Positions 50,093 to 51,473 of a stretch of 51,473 bases of DNA are shown piece after piece. The notes beneath the pieces are model-generated. The model was given only the letters and a program-made list of their open reading frames with translations, made no database searches and was not told the DNA's origin. Source of the DNA: Nemertoderma westbladi (Eukaryota > Animalia > Xenacoelomorpha); contig JAUCBJ010001879.1 of the NCBI GenBank assembly GCA_032718475.1, forward strand, positions 1-51,473, given 5' to 3'. A program made the translations under genes and the position numbers. Numbering within the stretch: position 1 is the stretch's first letter; each line of letters opens with the position of its first letter.

Positions 50093-50647
50093 TTAAGAAT
50101 CGATTTTGATAAAGATGTTCGACTTATAGAACTGTAACTCAGCTATGGACTCGTGAATATCATCTAACGCCCTATGGTTCAGTTTCTTAACGAAGGCCTC
50201 GTGTTTGGGGTACCATCTACTGTACAGCTCCTTTATCGTGCTAACATCCACTAATCTATAATGCAAGTGAGCCGTTAGACGCGGCATATGGCGAGCAATA
50301 TATCCTTTATCGCAGTGGATTGTGTTCCCAGCTAAAGGACAGGTCCCTGGGTCGGTGTGACTCGTAACAAAATTCAACAGCGATTGTTCCGCCTCTTCGA
50401 GTGTTATCCTGCTCTTACGTGCTGATTCGGTTAGGCCTGATTCACCGTGATGTTTGATACACCACGCACTCATCGATTCCAGGGCAGCATCTGAGTGATG
50501 TATAACAATATTAGGGCCTTCAGCAATAATCTCTAAGTCTTTAGTAGTTATGATACATGCGGCTTCTAAAATTGTCCCTACCAATGGATCTAAATGCGTC
50601 ATCTCGAGGTCCAGCCAAATAAGCCGGTTTGAACGCGAATCTGTCAT
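50093..50647 (-). CDS. REXO2: Oligoribonuclease (DEDDh 3'-5' exoribonuclease, Orn/REXO2 family)
   Basis: Intact 184-aa ORF with IWLDLEMT, AEGPNIVIH, HGESGL, CPLAGN, HYRLVDVSTIKEL and HRALDDI.ESI.EL.FY. Confidence 0.96.
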   Translation of the reverse strand: MTDSRSNRLIWLDLEMTHLDPLVGTILEAACIITTKDLEIIAEGPNIVIHHSDAALESMSAWCIKHHGESGLTESARKSRITLEEAEQSLLNFVTSHTDPGTCPLAGNTIHCDKGYIARHMPRLTAHLHYRLVDVSTIKELYSRWYPKHEAFVKKLNHRALDDIHESIAELQFYKSNIFIKIDS

Positions 50648-51473
50648 AATAAGTCGGAAATCTTTCGAGTGCAGAGATATCCGTACCGGTACTCGGGGAT
50701 GATAAGTACATGCAACAGAAGCGGTAGCCTAGTCGTCCTACTTATCGCGTTGTTAACAAATAAACGTGGTAGAATAAATTCCAGAATTATAGTGTAAGGG
50801 TAAGCCTACTTCAGTATAACTACAACAGAACAACCGGTACCGCGGTACCGGAAGTTCGTATTAATGTAAACGCGAACAAGCAAAATAGAAAGAAGTTTGG
50901 AGCACGTTGTACTGTAGTTGTACTGTTCGTGCCTTGTGGATATCATCTGTATAATAACTAACTGTATAGTGGAGCGGGAGGTGAGGTCTTTTCTAACTAA
51001 AGTCTAAACCAATAAACGAATCTAAAAACATCAGAATGAATGTAGGCTGACAGCTCTATCTGTCTATACAACAACTGGTCGCGGACTTGGTCGCGGCGCG
51101 GTGTGGCACGGTGGCTGCTATCGCGCCTTTACCAAATTTAGTTGCAAAAATACTCAGAAATAGACTGATAGAATAGAAAACTCGCCAATTATTTTTTATT
51201 AGCCAATAAATTAAATTGAACTGTAGAGTGAGCCACGAAGTAAGGTGAGTCTTGTCGGTAGTGCGGTGCGGTAGTGTCGTACACTTCACTATCACTACGT
51301 CTACGACGTGTCGTACTGGAAATACGGTACCTTCATGTTTCATGTACAGTATTTGAAACAGAATAACAGTAAAGAGAACGGAAGATACAGTTAGGCCTAC
51401 TGCAACTACTGAACTAGCCTAGTGCAGCTCAGTGCTTTAGTGCAGTACCGGTAGTGCAACTGCGTTGTGGAGT

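Overview
AT-rich, repeat-dense eukaryotic DNA, most likely from an invertebrate animal (inferred from Pol III tRNA genes, a tRNA-derived SINE, RTE and CRE LINE relics, and a BEL/Pao LTR element). The centre is a nested stack. A 676-bp tandem repeat was split by a 26-kb block (18399-44406) bounded by Mutator-like inverted ends and a perfect 9-bp target duplication, and the unsplit empty site is visible in the neighbouring repeat unit. Inside that block is a second inverted-end pair with a 2-bp duplication (CMC/EnSpm-like, 18663-43412). That in turn holds a 17.4-kb BEL/Pao retrotransposon and an intronless, atypical cytochrome P450 broken by one frameshift. The BEL element has a lightly mutated gag-pol plus an unusual accessory region with a 636-codon zinc-knuckle ORF where env would normally sit. 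The flanks carry tRNA-Arg(TCG), tRNA-Pro(CGG), an intact oligoribonuclease gene, a probable Polinton-type exonuclease relic, MITEs, minisatellites and two candidate host exons. All family assignments come from motif recognition by eye; no searches were run.
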